Of a DNA stretch of 64,000 bases, positions 34,604 to 43,128 are shown one piece after another (within the stretch, counting starts at the first letter, position 1; each line of letters opens with the position of its first letter). The stretch comes from a virus. The notes below the pieces were generated by a model that was given only the letters and a program-made list of their open reading frames with translations, was not told the origin of the DNA and searched no databases. The DNA is taken from IMG/VR virus record IMGVR_UViG_3300027733_000001; one strand, written 5' to 3'. Position numbers and translations under genes: made by a program.

Positions 34604-36238
34604 ATGATCATTCCAAAGGCTAGAATCTCCAGCGCAGATGTAGACGCTCTCATAAGCTGCGCAAGCATTGACGACTCCTATAGCTTCTCTTCTGCTGAAA
34701 CTGAGGCTCATGATGTCTCTCTCACTCCTGACTCTTTTGACTACGACTATACCTATGCGAAAACTGTACCTGCTCCCTCTGACAGTCTCATAGAGAAGTT
34801 TAACTCTCACTCTAGTGACCTATACAATGCTGCTTGTAGTGTTCGCTCCTCTAGGAAGGTTGTCTCTAGATATGACATTAACTGGACTAGCATCGAAGAC
34901 TATACGATGCACTGGAATCTCCTAGATAAAGAGTCTCAGGTCTCTATTCGCTCTCTGGTTCTGAGTGACCATGCTAACGCTAACAGGTTTGGTCTGAAAA
35001 AACGAAATCTAGAATCTCATCTCTTGCTTCATATAGGCTGTGACATGGACAACATTGTAAACAACGGCGGTGAGAGTGTTCGCTCTAATCTCAAGTCTCC
35101 AGATCCTAAAAGCCCCAACAAGGGCTATTCAAGGTCCTGCCTGCACAACCGTACTGTAGACGCTAAAACAGCTCTCAGGGCATACAAGAAGTTCGACAAA
35201 GAGTTCTCTCCTGCTCATCTCTTCAAACTAGGCTTTGTTGCCTATCAGGCTGTAATCACTCCCAAGAACTCTCTAGCTCTGGATATTGACCCTCACAAAA
35301 CCAAGGAAGCTATCCACAGCTTCTTTCGCAAGAACACAGAGTTCCTGAGCAAGCTAGCCAACAAAAGGCGCAAGATCATGAGCTATGCCTACAGTCATGA
35401 AATCAGTGTAGATTCTATCCTCGACAGTGTGTACCGGCCTCATACCCATGTACTCTTCTTTGTGAAAGCAGACAGATATGCTATCGAGGAAAGCCAGCGC
35501 TTTGTAGAGAGTCTAGAGGAATCTATCAATCTAGAGCTAGCTGACAGAAACTGGAGCACCCACAAGCTGTCTGTAGACGGAGAGATGCTTCCATCTGTAG
35601 CCAGAAAGTATTCTGAGATAGAAAGAAGCTTCGAGTACTTCCATCGCGCATACAGTCTAGCTGACCAGTATATGCGTGAAATCAGAGAAGACAACGTACG
35701 AGAGCTCAACAAAGCCACAGTAGAAGCCTATAGAAACCTGATCTGGTTCTTCAGGGGCGAGGAGGGTGGAGCTGGAAGAAGAGGAATCGCCAGATTCAGA
35801 TCAAGTCACATCCCTAGAAAGGACGAGACTAGCAATTACCTACATCCACTATTGTCAAAAGCTAAAAAAACCACTACAATCAAGAAAGAAAAATTAAAAG
35901 TCAAGAACTATGCCCATAGTGTGGCTGCTTCTACAGTTGTAGAACCATCTATCCTAGAGGCTAAAAATACTCTACCTAGCTATGCAAAGACTGAACGAAG
36001 AGCCTCAAGAGCAGGAAAAATCTGCATCGCTTCAAGAGTATCTGAACTACTTGCGCCTAGAACTACACAAGCAGGCACAAGAGCTTGGAGAAGACTGCCC
36101 ATACAGCAAAGAAAGAATCGACGAGATCACCAGCAGTGCCGAGAGCTTCGAGAAGGCTGCACAGGAAGAGGCTCAGTGTGTCTGGGCAGGAATCGAAGAC
36201 GTCTTGCGCAAAGAGGGAGCAGATCAAGACTTCATTGA
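34604..36238 (+). CDS. HUH endonuclease, rolling-circle Rep-like
   Basis: Motif 1-like AVITPKN, motif 2 SYAYSHEISV...YRPHTHVLFF (35432..35461), candidate motif 3 FEYFHR; last 257 nt overlap next gene. Confidence 0.6.
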   Translation: MIIPKARISSADVDALISCASIDDSYSFSSAETEAHDVSLTPDSFDYDYTYAKTVPAPSDSLIEKFNSHSSDLYNAACSVRSSRKVVSRYDINWTSIEDYTMHWNLLDKESQVSIRSLVLSDHANANRFGLKKRNLESHLLLHIGCDMDNIVNNGGESVRSNLKSPDPKSPNKGYSRSCLHNRTVDAKTALRAYKKFDKEFSPAHLFKLGFVAYQAVITPKNSLALDIDPHKTKEAIHSFFRKNTEFLSKLANKRRKIMSYAYSHEISVDSILDSVYRPHTHVLFFVKADRYAIEESQRFVESLEESINLELADRNWSTHKLSVDGEMLPSVARKYSEIERSFEYFHRAYSLADQYMREIREDNVRELNKATVEAYRNLIWFFRGEEGGAGRRGIARFRSSHIPRKDETSNYLHPLLSKAKKTTTIKKEKLKVKNYAHSVAASTVVEPSILEAKNTLPSYAKTERRASRAGKICIASRVSELLAPRTTQAGTRAWRRLPIQQRKNRRDHQQCRELREGCTGRGSVCLGRNRRRLAQRGSRSRLH

Positions 36239-36821
36239 CGGATTCAAGAAAGAAGCTTTCGTAGGAGCTATGCTCAGGGGGGCAGGAAAACTAATTCCTG
36301 CCGCAGGCAAAGCAATAGGAAGAGGACTAGGTAAGGTAGGCCCTGCACTAGGAAGAGGTCTAGAGCACGGCATGTATGGTTCTATGGTAGGAAGCTTGAT
36401 TCCAGGAGTAGGAACCACTGTAGGCGGGCTTGCTGGACTAGCTGGAGGAACTCTAGGATATGGCAAAGCAGGTCTGCTTGCCGGAGGAGCGCTAGCTGGA
36501 GGAGCTATGCTAGGAAGAGGAGCTTTTGGAGATTCAGGAAAAGACACTACAGGACTAGAAGCATCCAGAAACAGAGCTCTTCCTTTCGCATCAAACAAAA
36601 CTACTGGGGCAGTAGGAGGAGCATTGCTGGGTTCGCTGCTTGCCAACGAAATGGGTGTGAGCGGTGCAGGTGCATGGATGATGCCTGTGCTTGGAGGTCT
36701 TGCAGGCTATCATCATCTTCCTAACCTGATGGACAAATGGAAAGATCCATATGGCTATGGTGTGAACGCTATAGGTGCTGGTGCAGCAGGTATGAACAGA
36801 GCAATGCCACTAACAGAATAA
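35982..36821 (+). CDS. Gly/Ala-rich K-x-A protein, probable virion/ejection protein
   Basis: EKSAS, KQAQ, EKAA, FIDGFKKEAF followed by long GxxxG hydrophobic region. Confidence 0.6.
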   Translation: MQRLNEEPQEQEKSASLQEYLNYLRLELHKQAQELGEDCPYSKERIDEITSSAESFEKAAQEEAQCVWAGIEDVLRKEGADQDFIDGFKKEAFVGAMLRGAGKLIPAAGKAIGRGLGKVGPALGRGLEHGMYGSMVGSLIPGVGTTVGGLAGLAGGTLGYGKAGLLAGGALAGGAMLGRGAFGDSGKDTTGLEASRNRALPFASNKTTGAVGGALLGSLLANEMGVSGAGAWMMPVLGGLAGYHHLPNLMDKWKDPYGYGVNAIGAGAAGMNRAMPLTE

Positions 36822-36822
36822 T

Positions 36823-37635
36823 ATGACTGAACTATACCTTCCTGCATTCTATCTCGGAGTTTCAGAAGAACTAGCCAAGCAGGCAGGCATGCAGGTTGAC
36901 AGCATGCCCTTGAACGAGAACATACTTCCTACTATCTCAAAGCAGACCAAGTGGCGGTATGTTCGCACAAAAGACGGACTCAAGCTTACTGACGGAAACC
37001 TGGTATACAGCTTCGGAGGACTTCCTGAAGAGTTTCCTGCTGAAGACGCTAGAATCAGCAGACATGCCGACGACAACATTCTAAACTTCGACAAAGACGC
37101 TGTCTCTAAAGGCACAGCACAGATCCACAGGGCCAGCCCAGATAACATCTATATGACTCTGGCCAACGGCAGTCAAAACCCTACTTTCATGCTTCAGCAC
37201 GAGGGAGGCAAAAACTGGAGATATTCTCCTGCTAAAAAGTTTGTGCAAAAATTAAAAGCTCTTCAGGAAAAAACTCCTCTTCCAGAAGAGCCAGTGAGTG
37301 TAGATCCTACTGCCCTGATCGAAGGAGCTCAGGACACAGTCAAGCAGGCCTCTATGCTGAGTCTTCCTGGTCTAGGAGCAGGAATGCTTACAGCAGACAC
37401 TGCAGCGCTAGGACTCAACAACATCGGTCAAAACCTACTGCAGGCAGGTCAATGGATGGGAAAGCATCCTGTAGCTAGCGGGCTAGGTATGTATGGACTG
37501 GCTAGAACGGCTGTTCCTAGCTTTAGGAAAAACATACTCTCTCATCCTGAGCAATATTATAGAACTAGAGATACTCTGCTGCCTATAGCTGCTGCTGCAG
37601 TTCCTGCTACTCTAGCGTCTGCAATCATGAAATAA
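36823..37635 (+). CDS. K-x-A protein of unknown function
   Basis: FYLGVSEELAKQAG; beta-rich domain; VKQAS then hydrophobic tail. Confidence 0.6.
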   Translation: MTELYLPAFYLGVSEELAKQAGMQVDSMPLNENILPTISKQTKWRYVRTKDGLKLTDGNLVYSFGGLPEEFPAEDARISRHADDNILNFDKDAVSKGTAQIHRASPDNIYMTLANGSQNPTFMLQHEGGKNWRYSPAKKFVQKLKALQEKTPLPEEPVSVDPTALIEGAQDTVKQASMLSLPGLGAGMLTADTAALGLNNIGQNLLQAGQWMGKHPVASGLGMYGLARTAVPSFRKNILSHPEQYYRTRDTLLPIAAAAVPATLASAIMK

Positions 37636-37636
37636 T

Positions 37637-38038
37637 ATGGATCAAGGAATGCTCACATCTCTACCTATCGCTGCCTATTCGCGCAGAGGTATGAACATGT
37701 ATGACCCTAGAATAAGTCTGCATGAGCAAAACGTACTAGATGAGCATACCAACATATTGCATAACCTGGTGCAAAAAGATCATGGGCTGGACAAACATCA
37801 AAAGCATCATCTGACCACAATGCTCAACAGTCCAGAGTATGTAGAGCATCTTTTGGCTGGAGGCACAGGCACAATGCTCATGCACTCTATCCATCACTAT
37901 TCAAAGCTTCCCCGCCCAGTACAGACACTATTGAGCTTGGCTGGTTTTGGAATAGGTAATATAATCTATAATGAATTTCACGAAGACAGATTTTCAGAGC
38001 ATCATCCTCATTCAGGCAAATCTAGAATAAAGTATTAA
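37637..38038 (+). CDS. His-rich hypothetical protein
   Basis: 133 aa, 15 His, one hydrophobic segment. Confidence 0.6.
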   Translation: MDQGMLTSLPIAAYSRRGMNMYDPRISLHEQNVLDEHTNILHNLVQKDHGLDKHQKHHLTTMLNSPEYVEHLLAGGTGTMLMHSIHHYSKLPRPVQTLLSLAGFGIGNIIYNEFHEDRFSEHHPHSGKSRIKY

Positions 38039-38039
38039 T

Positions 38040-38411
38040 ATGGAACTTTCAAAATGTGCACAAGCTATTAAAGACGAGCTGATCCTCGAGCTGCAAAAAG
38101 CCGGATCTTCTCTTCGGGAATTCGAGGAGGGACTAGCCAACATCAACACTGGAGAAGGAGTATACAAGATTGCCAAAGACGGAGGCAGTATATTGAACTC
38201 CTATCTAGACAAAGGAATGGGTATGGCCGGAAGCATACCTGAAGTAGCACTCAAAGGTTCTCTGGCTGGCGGGGCACTGGCAGGACTTACACTGGATGAA
38301 GCAGACAAATCTGTAGACGTACTCAACAAATCTCTTGATAGAGAAAGGGAGAAGGTTAACCTTGTTCGCAGGATTACCAACAACCTAAGAAGAGAACATG
38401 GACTTATTTAA
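38040..38411 (+). CDS. K-x-A protein
   Basis: MELSKCA...YKIA, GSLAGGALAG, C-terminal coiled coil. Confidence 0.6.
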   Translation: MELSKCAQAIKDELILELQKAGSSLREFEEGLANINTGEGVYKIAKDGGSILNSYLDKGMGMAGSIPEVALKGSLAGGALAGLTLDEADKSVDVLNKSLDREREKVNLVRRITNNLRREHGLI

Positions 38412-38796
38412 TTCAGACAGAGACGTTAAAGCTACCGAGCACTTTGATTTTGGCGCCAGCGCCAACGATCTTTTGATTACCGGCAGCAAAAAACGCAACG
38501 TACGCAGCGAGATCACCAACAAGGGTTTTGATCCTGAAGTGGTAATCGATGCGTTTGAGCAGGCCAAAGGTATCAAGCGCAGACCCAAAGTCTCAGACCT
38601 GTCAGACTACACATTCAAAAACATCGTCCTAGATCCTGAGAAACAGATGGATCAAGACATGCTGAACGAGCTCATGAACAACAAAAAGTACATGATTGCT
38701 CTATGGAAAGATACATGGACACAACACGGCAACTTCAGAGTGTTTGTGGTCTACGGTACGAAGAAAGAAAAAGAAGAAAGTAATCAACCAAAATAA
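38398..38796 (+). CDS. Hypothetical protein
   Basis: 132 aa, overlaps upstream stop. Confidence 0.55.
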   Translation: MDLFNSDRDVKATEHFDFGASANDLLITGSKKRNVRSEITNKGFDPEVVIDAFEQAKGIKRRPKVSDLSDYTFKNIVLDPEKQMDQDMLNELMNNKKYMIALWKDTWTQHGNFRVFVVYGTKKEKEESNQPK

Positions 38797-38800
38797 CGCA

Positions 38801-39901
38801 ATGAGCTATAGCCTAACCAAAAAAGCAGCCACCCCTATTCCACTGTCTCCAGACGAGCAGTATGAAGCCTCTCAGCTTTTCGGTAAAAGCTTGTTCAGCG
38901 CTCTGCAGCTTGTGAGAGAGCAGCAGAGAAGAAAAAACATGTTGATGAGTGGCGCAGAGGGACAGGGAGGAGACGATAAGGTTTTGAGAATTCCTATTCC
39001 TGAGCATATGATGCCTAGCAGCAAAACAGCTCAGGACGAGGATGCTCCTTACACTACTTTGCAGGATCCATATGAACCTGTAAAAAATCCAGGCATACTT
39101 GCACACATCAAAAGAAATCTAGGCAAGTACATCGGCAGTTATGGTGGCGCACTAATCGGCGGAGGACTAGGCGCTAGAAAGGTTATGAAAAATAATCCTG
39201 CTGCAGGTGTGATCGAGGCTTTGAAAGGTGCTGGTAGGTCTGGAGTTAGAGGAGGTGTAGTAGGAACGATAGCCGGATCTATGATGGATGATGCGGTTAA
39301 AGACAGCTATCGCGAAGATCTAGTGAATGCGCAGAGACAGCATGACATGATGCAGAACATGTACGGCTATAAGCAAGGTAGCGAAACTGACGAACCTGCT
39401 CCAGGACTTCTAGGTAGAGCTTTCAAAGCGCAGCAGAATCCTATTCGCTTGCTTGTAGGCGGGCAGTCAGGATTCAGAGACGCTAAGCAAGACTATTATA
39501 TGCGTCAACGTCACCTAATCAATCAAGAGCTAGAGAATGCTCAGCGTGAGTATGTAGATCTACTCGGCAAGATCAAGAAGGGCTCGGACGATAGTGAAGA
39601 AACACCATATACGGACGCTTTTTGTAACGGTATCGCATATGCTACACTTTTCGGTAAAGAAGCTGAGGCTGAAGATGTGGATATTTCCGACGGTTCCATG
39701 AAACGCTTGATGGGTGGTGTGCTTGATCAGGCCAAGAAACCCTTTCAGCCTGTGGTAGACACCGCCGCTAGCGGGCTACTAGGTACAGGTACAGGTTCAG
39801 CATACCTTACATATCTGTTGAGGAAATCTATGCGCGAGGAACCAGACAGATACATGCAGGAAGGTCTTCCTACCCGCGTCGAACTTCAACCCTACACCTA
39901 G
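38801..39901 (+). CDS. Gly-rich K-x-A protein
   Basis: Start revised to ATG 38801 (MSYSLTKKAA); SKTAQ, GKEA; GxxxG segments. Confidence 0.6.
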   Translation: MSYSLTKKAATPIPLSPDEQYEASQLFGKSLFSALQLVREQQRRKNMLMSGAEGQGGDDKVLRIPIPEHMMPSSKTAQDEDAPYTTLQDPYEPVKNPGILAHIKRNLGKYIGSYGGALIGGGLGARKVMKNNPAAGVIEALKGAGRSGVRGGVVGTIAGSMMDDAVKDSYREDLVNAQRQHDMMQNMYGYKQGSETDEPAPGLLGRAFKAQQNPIRLLVGGQSGFRDAKQDYYMRQRHLINQELENAQREYVDLLGKIKKGSDDSEETPYTDAFCNGIAYATLFGKEAEAEDVDISDGSMKRLMGGVLDQAKKPFQPVVDTAASGLLGTGTGSAYLTYLLRKSMREEPDRYMQEGLPTRVELQPYT

Positions 39902-39902
39902 C

Positions 39903-40691
39903 ATGAAACTAGATATAGACCAACTTAATAAGGGTATTGAGGCTGAAATGAGTAAGACATCGATGATGTCTGTAGGTATTCCCGCCGCCGCCAGAGCTGC
40001 AGCTCCTTCAATTGCTGGTACAGCTGGTAAAACAGTAGCCAAGTATGCTCCAGTTGTAGGTGGACTTGTACATGGAGGTCTCGCAGTCAATGATGCTATG
40101 AACGGAGACTGGACCGGCGCAGCAATGAATACCGGGTCAGGTATAGCCTCAGGCCTAGGACTTACACCATTATCTGTCGGCCTGGATGTTGCCAATGCTG
40201 GAAGATCGATGGTGGGTAGTGCAGGTAACTGGGCAGGTAACGCTATAGGTAACACTGTAGGTAAATATGCGCCGTTGGCTATGGCAGGCATAGCCGCTTT
40301 GGGCGGCGGCAACAAAGCGCGACAGTCTCCGATGTATGCTCTACCGTATAATGGTCCCAGACCTCAGTCTATTATAAATCCGTCCTCAGACCCTCACTCT
40401 CTCGCAGCACCGCAAATGTTCCAGGAAAGTCTTGCAGGTACTCCACAACCATATCAAGGAAAGCTGGCTTCTTATGTAGAGAAAACATCCGGGGTCATGG
40501 ATGCATTTGCCGGCGCGGCTGCCCGTAAAGCTGTCGATAATGTTTTCAATGCAGCTGTTACGCCTGAGCAACCTGCTCCAGCAGAGCACAAAGAAAAAGA
40601 GCTCGAGATTACTTCACAGTACCCTGAGATTGCAGAGCTTCTTAAAGACGAGCAGAACAAAGCCTACCTCCAAAAGCTTTTAAACACATAA
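39903..40691 (+). CDS. Gly/Ala-rich probable virion protein with internal duplication
   Basis: AGKTVAKYAPVVGG and IGNTVGKYAPLAMAG; GKLAS. Confidence 0.6.
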   Translation: MKLDIDQLNKGIEAEMSKTSMMSVGIPAAARAAAPSIAGTAGKTVAKYAPVVGGLVHGGLAVNDAMNGDWTGAAMNTGSGIASGLGLTPLSVGLDVANAGRSMVGSAGNWAGNAIGNTVGKYAPLAMAGIAALGGGNKARQSPMYALPYNGPRPQSIINPSSDPHSLAAPQMFQESLAGTPQPYQGKLASYVEKTSGVMDAFAGAAARKAVDNVFNAAVTPEQPAPAEHKEKELEITSQYPEIAELLKDEQNKAYLQKLLNT

Positions 40692-40738
40692 ATCTTTGCT
40701 TGCTTTGCTAGCGGTAGACTATTAGGGTAGGACTAATT

Positions 40739-40969
40739 ATGTCAGCCGCAAATAAACAAATTTACATCCCTGAGATCAGTATCAAAGGCTCATTCATGGA
40801 AGAAATTGGTAGCGTTGAAGATAAAGTTATGTATCCAGGCCCTACGTTTGACATTTCTTTATCTGCAGACGACTTTGCAAATGCAGAGGAATATCATACC
40901 ACATGGATCAACATCACTAGAGCCGTAAAAACTAAACTCAACAAGAATGCATCAGTCCGAGCCTCCTAA
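40739..40969 (+). CDS. Small hypothetical protein
   Basis: 76 aa immediately upstream of RNAP beta N fragment. Confidence 0.5.
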   Translation: MSAANKQIYIPEISIKGSFMEEIGSVEDKVMYPGPTFDISLSADDFANAEEYHTTWINITRAVKTKLNKNASVRAS

Positions 40970-41612
40970 AAATACTCGCGCGTTTTTCGATCCTGAAAAA
41001 CTGCGGCACATGCTATTCAATACGGCTGTCGATTCTTTCGGTAAGAAGATCAATTCGATCGAGACTCAGGACTATAAACTCAGTGTCAAAAACCTGAAGA
41101 TGGACATCCCTCATGTCACATCTACAATGCAAAAAAAGCTGGTGCTTGAGAAGAAGGATTTGACTGCTCCACTGAAAGGTACAGTAGAGCTAATACACAA
41201 GGCTTCAGGTAAAGTAGTTGAATCTAAACACACTACGATAGCTCACATTCCGTATGTTACTAATCATAATACTGTTATCTATAATGGTTCTGAATATGAG
41301 GCAGTAAATCAGCAGCGGCTTTTACCTGGCATCTATTCAAGAATTCGTCAAGACGGTATACCTGAAGCGCACATCAATCCTGAAGCACGTACAGGGCAGT
41401 CGGGCAGAATTCTTTTCTTACCTGACAAGCAACTTTTTGTACTAATGGTGCGTAACTCTCAGGTTCGATTATATGGCATCCTTAGGGATATGGGTATAAC
41501 TGATGCCGCATTAAAAGACGCGTGGGGTGAGCAGATACTGAACGCTAATCGGACACAATACAAGGGAGACGAGATCGACAAACTTTACACAATCCTAATT
41601 GGCGATGAATGA
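40947..41612 (+). CDS. rpoB: RNA polymerase beta subunit, N-terminal fragment
   Basis: LTAPLKG...IAHIPYVT..NTVIYNGSEYEAVNQQRLLPGIY matches the beta N-terminal Y.APL / G.IP.MT..GTFIINGTERV.VSQL.RSPGV pattern. Confidence 0.8.
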   Translation: MHQSEPPKNTRAFFDPEKLRHMLFNTAVDSFGKKINSIETQDYKLSVKNLKMDIPHVTSTMQKKLVLEKKDLTAPLKGTVELIHKASGKVVESKHTTIAHIPYVTNHNTVIYNGSEYEAVNQQRLLPGIYSRIRQDGIPEAHINPEARTGQSGRILFLPDKQLFVLMVRNSQVRLYGILRDMGITDAALKDAWGEQILNANRTQYKGDEIDKLYTILIGDE

Positions 41613-42009
41613 GATCATTATAGATAACGATGACGCCCCTCACACATATGTGAAGGAGAGCACAGTTGAGGGCTATGGGCTTTTTGCTGCAAAAGACTTT
41701 ATCAAGCATGAGCTAGTCATTGACTACAGGCTTTTTCCTAGAGACTGGAAGAAAAAATTGTTCACAGAACTCTCAGAAGAGCAAATTAGAAAAAACTGGT
41801 ACGTGATGCTGAGCGATGAGGAATGTATCGCTAGCGATAAATGGAGCAAATTCAGCTATATCAATCACTCCAGAGAACCAAACTGTGCTTGGGTGCTGAG
41901 CATTCACAAAATTATCGCTAACAGGGACATAAAGAAAGATGAAGAGCTATTTATTGACTATCGGCTTGAGCCCAGACCAAACAGAGTATGTTACCCAGAA
42001 TGGATTTGA
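41605..42009 (+). CDS. SET-domain lysine methyltransferase
   Basis: GYGLFAAKDF, YINHSREPNC, ANRDIKKDEELFIDY; no post-SET Cys cluster; start overlaps the rpoB-N stop. Confidence 0.85.
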   Translation: MNEIIIDNDDAPHTYVKESTVEGYGLFAAKDFIKHELVIDYRLFPRDWKKKLFTELSEEQIRKNWYVMLSDEECIASDKWSKFSYINHSREPNCAWVLSIHKIIANRDIKKDEELFIDYRLEPRPNRVCYPEWI

Positions 42010-42012
42010 CGC

Positions 42013-42041
42013 TTGCCTTGTCTGGGACTTTATGCGATTAT
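42013..42041 (+). promoter_or_regulatory. sigma70-type promoter
   Basis: TTGCCT-17-GATTAT with TGn extension. Confidence 0.45.
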
Positions 42042-42150
42042 TAGCCTAGCAATGGAGTAGATCAGCGATCCTCTGGAGACTTACTAAAAAGTCTCTGTTG
42101 CATCCCAGGCTTTCCTTGTAACTTAGTAAACAACAAAACAAAACAAAAGT

Positions 42151-42822
42151 ATGCCTACAGCAGTAACTACAAAATACGTCAAGAAAATGTCCGCATCCTC
42201 TTCCGATGTTGCAGGACTCAAAAGCACTCGCTATGAAAAGCTTCAGGTGAGCTACGGCTCAATCGAAAGAGGCTTTTCGGGAACAGGCTCTATCGCAGGC
42301 ACCGTTCTCACGGTAGCCACAGTCACATCAGGGTCCATCCAGATCGGCACGGTAATCTCCGGCACAAACGTCACACCTACTACCCGTGTCGTTTCTTTTG
42401 GAACAGGCACCGGTGGAGCTGGAACCTATAACATCGTGACTGCCGATACCCAGACTGCTGCCCTCGGTAATATTTTCGGCACCTCCTATGCTTTCGGAGA
42501 CACACTTGTGTTTTCTGAAGTGCCCAGCCAAGACATCGTCAGGGCTACTATCGTCGCCCATGCTGGTGCCGCTGGTCCTGCCGTGCTCGATATCTACCCT
42601 GGTTCAGATAACTCTGGAACATTCACATTGGGGCTGACTGACGCCACTGGAGCGAACACTACTCCTCCGAAGATCAGCTATATCATTGAATATGTGCGTG
42701 GTACAGGTAGAGTAGGTCCCAGTACCTATGAGTCTGGTGAAGGTGAACTCCTCAAAGTGATCATCGCCAATACTGGCGGCGGCGCTTCAGACGCTATCGC
42801 TGAAGAGCAGGTTTCTGCATAA
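42151..42822 (+). CDS. Abundant virion surface protein (fibre/decoration-like)
   Basis: Contains GSIAGTVLTVATVTSGSIQIGTVISGTNV...GTGTGGAGTY module typical of phage structural proteins; biased codons; own terminator. Confidence 0.55.
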   Translation: MPTAVTTKYVKKMSASSSDVAGLKSTRYEKLQVSYGSIERGFSGTGSIAGTVLTVATVTSGSIQIGTVISGTNVTPTTRVVSFGTGTGGAGTYNIVTADTQTAALGNIFGTSYAFGDTLVFSEVPSQDIVRATIVAHAGAAGPAVLDIYPGSDNSGTFTLGLTDATGANTTPPKISYIIEYVRGTGRVGPSTYESGEGELLKVIIANTGGGASDAIAEEQVSA

Positions 42823-42843
42823 TTAGTGGTTAGTTTAAAAATC

Positions 42844-42878
42844 GAGACGCATCCTTAACCGGGTGCGTCTCTTTTTTT
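42844..42878 (+). terminator. Intrinsic terminator
   Basis: GAGACGCATCC-TTAACC-GGGTGCGTCTC-T7. Confidence 0.9.
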
Positions 42879-42959
42879 GCAAAAATTCGTTGCACCTTAT
42901 CTTGGTTGCAGCGTATATTGGATACCTGACGCCAACAAGCGTCTTTAGAAACCCTATAT

Positions 42960-43127
42960 ATGTCTGAGCAAGAACCATCTAAAGAAGAAAAGATCTACAA
43001 CCTGGTGATCGAACTTGAGATTGCCAAACGCAACAAGCGTGACGTTGTAAAAGCACACAACGAAGAAGTGAAACGGATTCAAGCCGAGATCAAAGAACTT
43101 TTAACCGACAACCAAGAACTAAACTAA
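42960..43127 (+). CDS. Small coiled-coil protein (55 aa), not in ORF track
   Basis: MSEQEPSKEEKIYNLVIELEIAKRNKRDVVKAHNEEVKRIQAEIKELLTDNQELN; preceded by TTGCAC-18-TATATT; stop 1 nt before next ATG. Confidence 0.7.
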   Translation: MSEQEPSKEEKIYNLVIELEIAKRNKRDVVKAHNEEVKRIQAEIKELLTDNQELN

Positions 43128-43128
43128 T

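Noticed and set aside
34463-34810. 115-aa minus-strand ORF at the strand switch
   Set aside because: Overlaps the HUH ORF antisense and would run through the leftward promoter; no recognisable features
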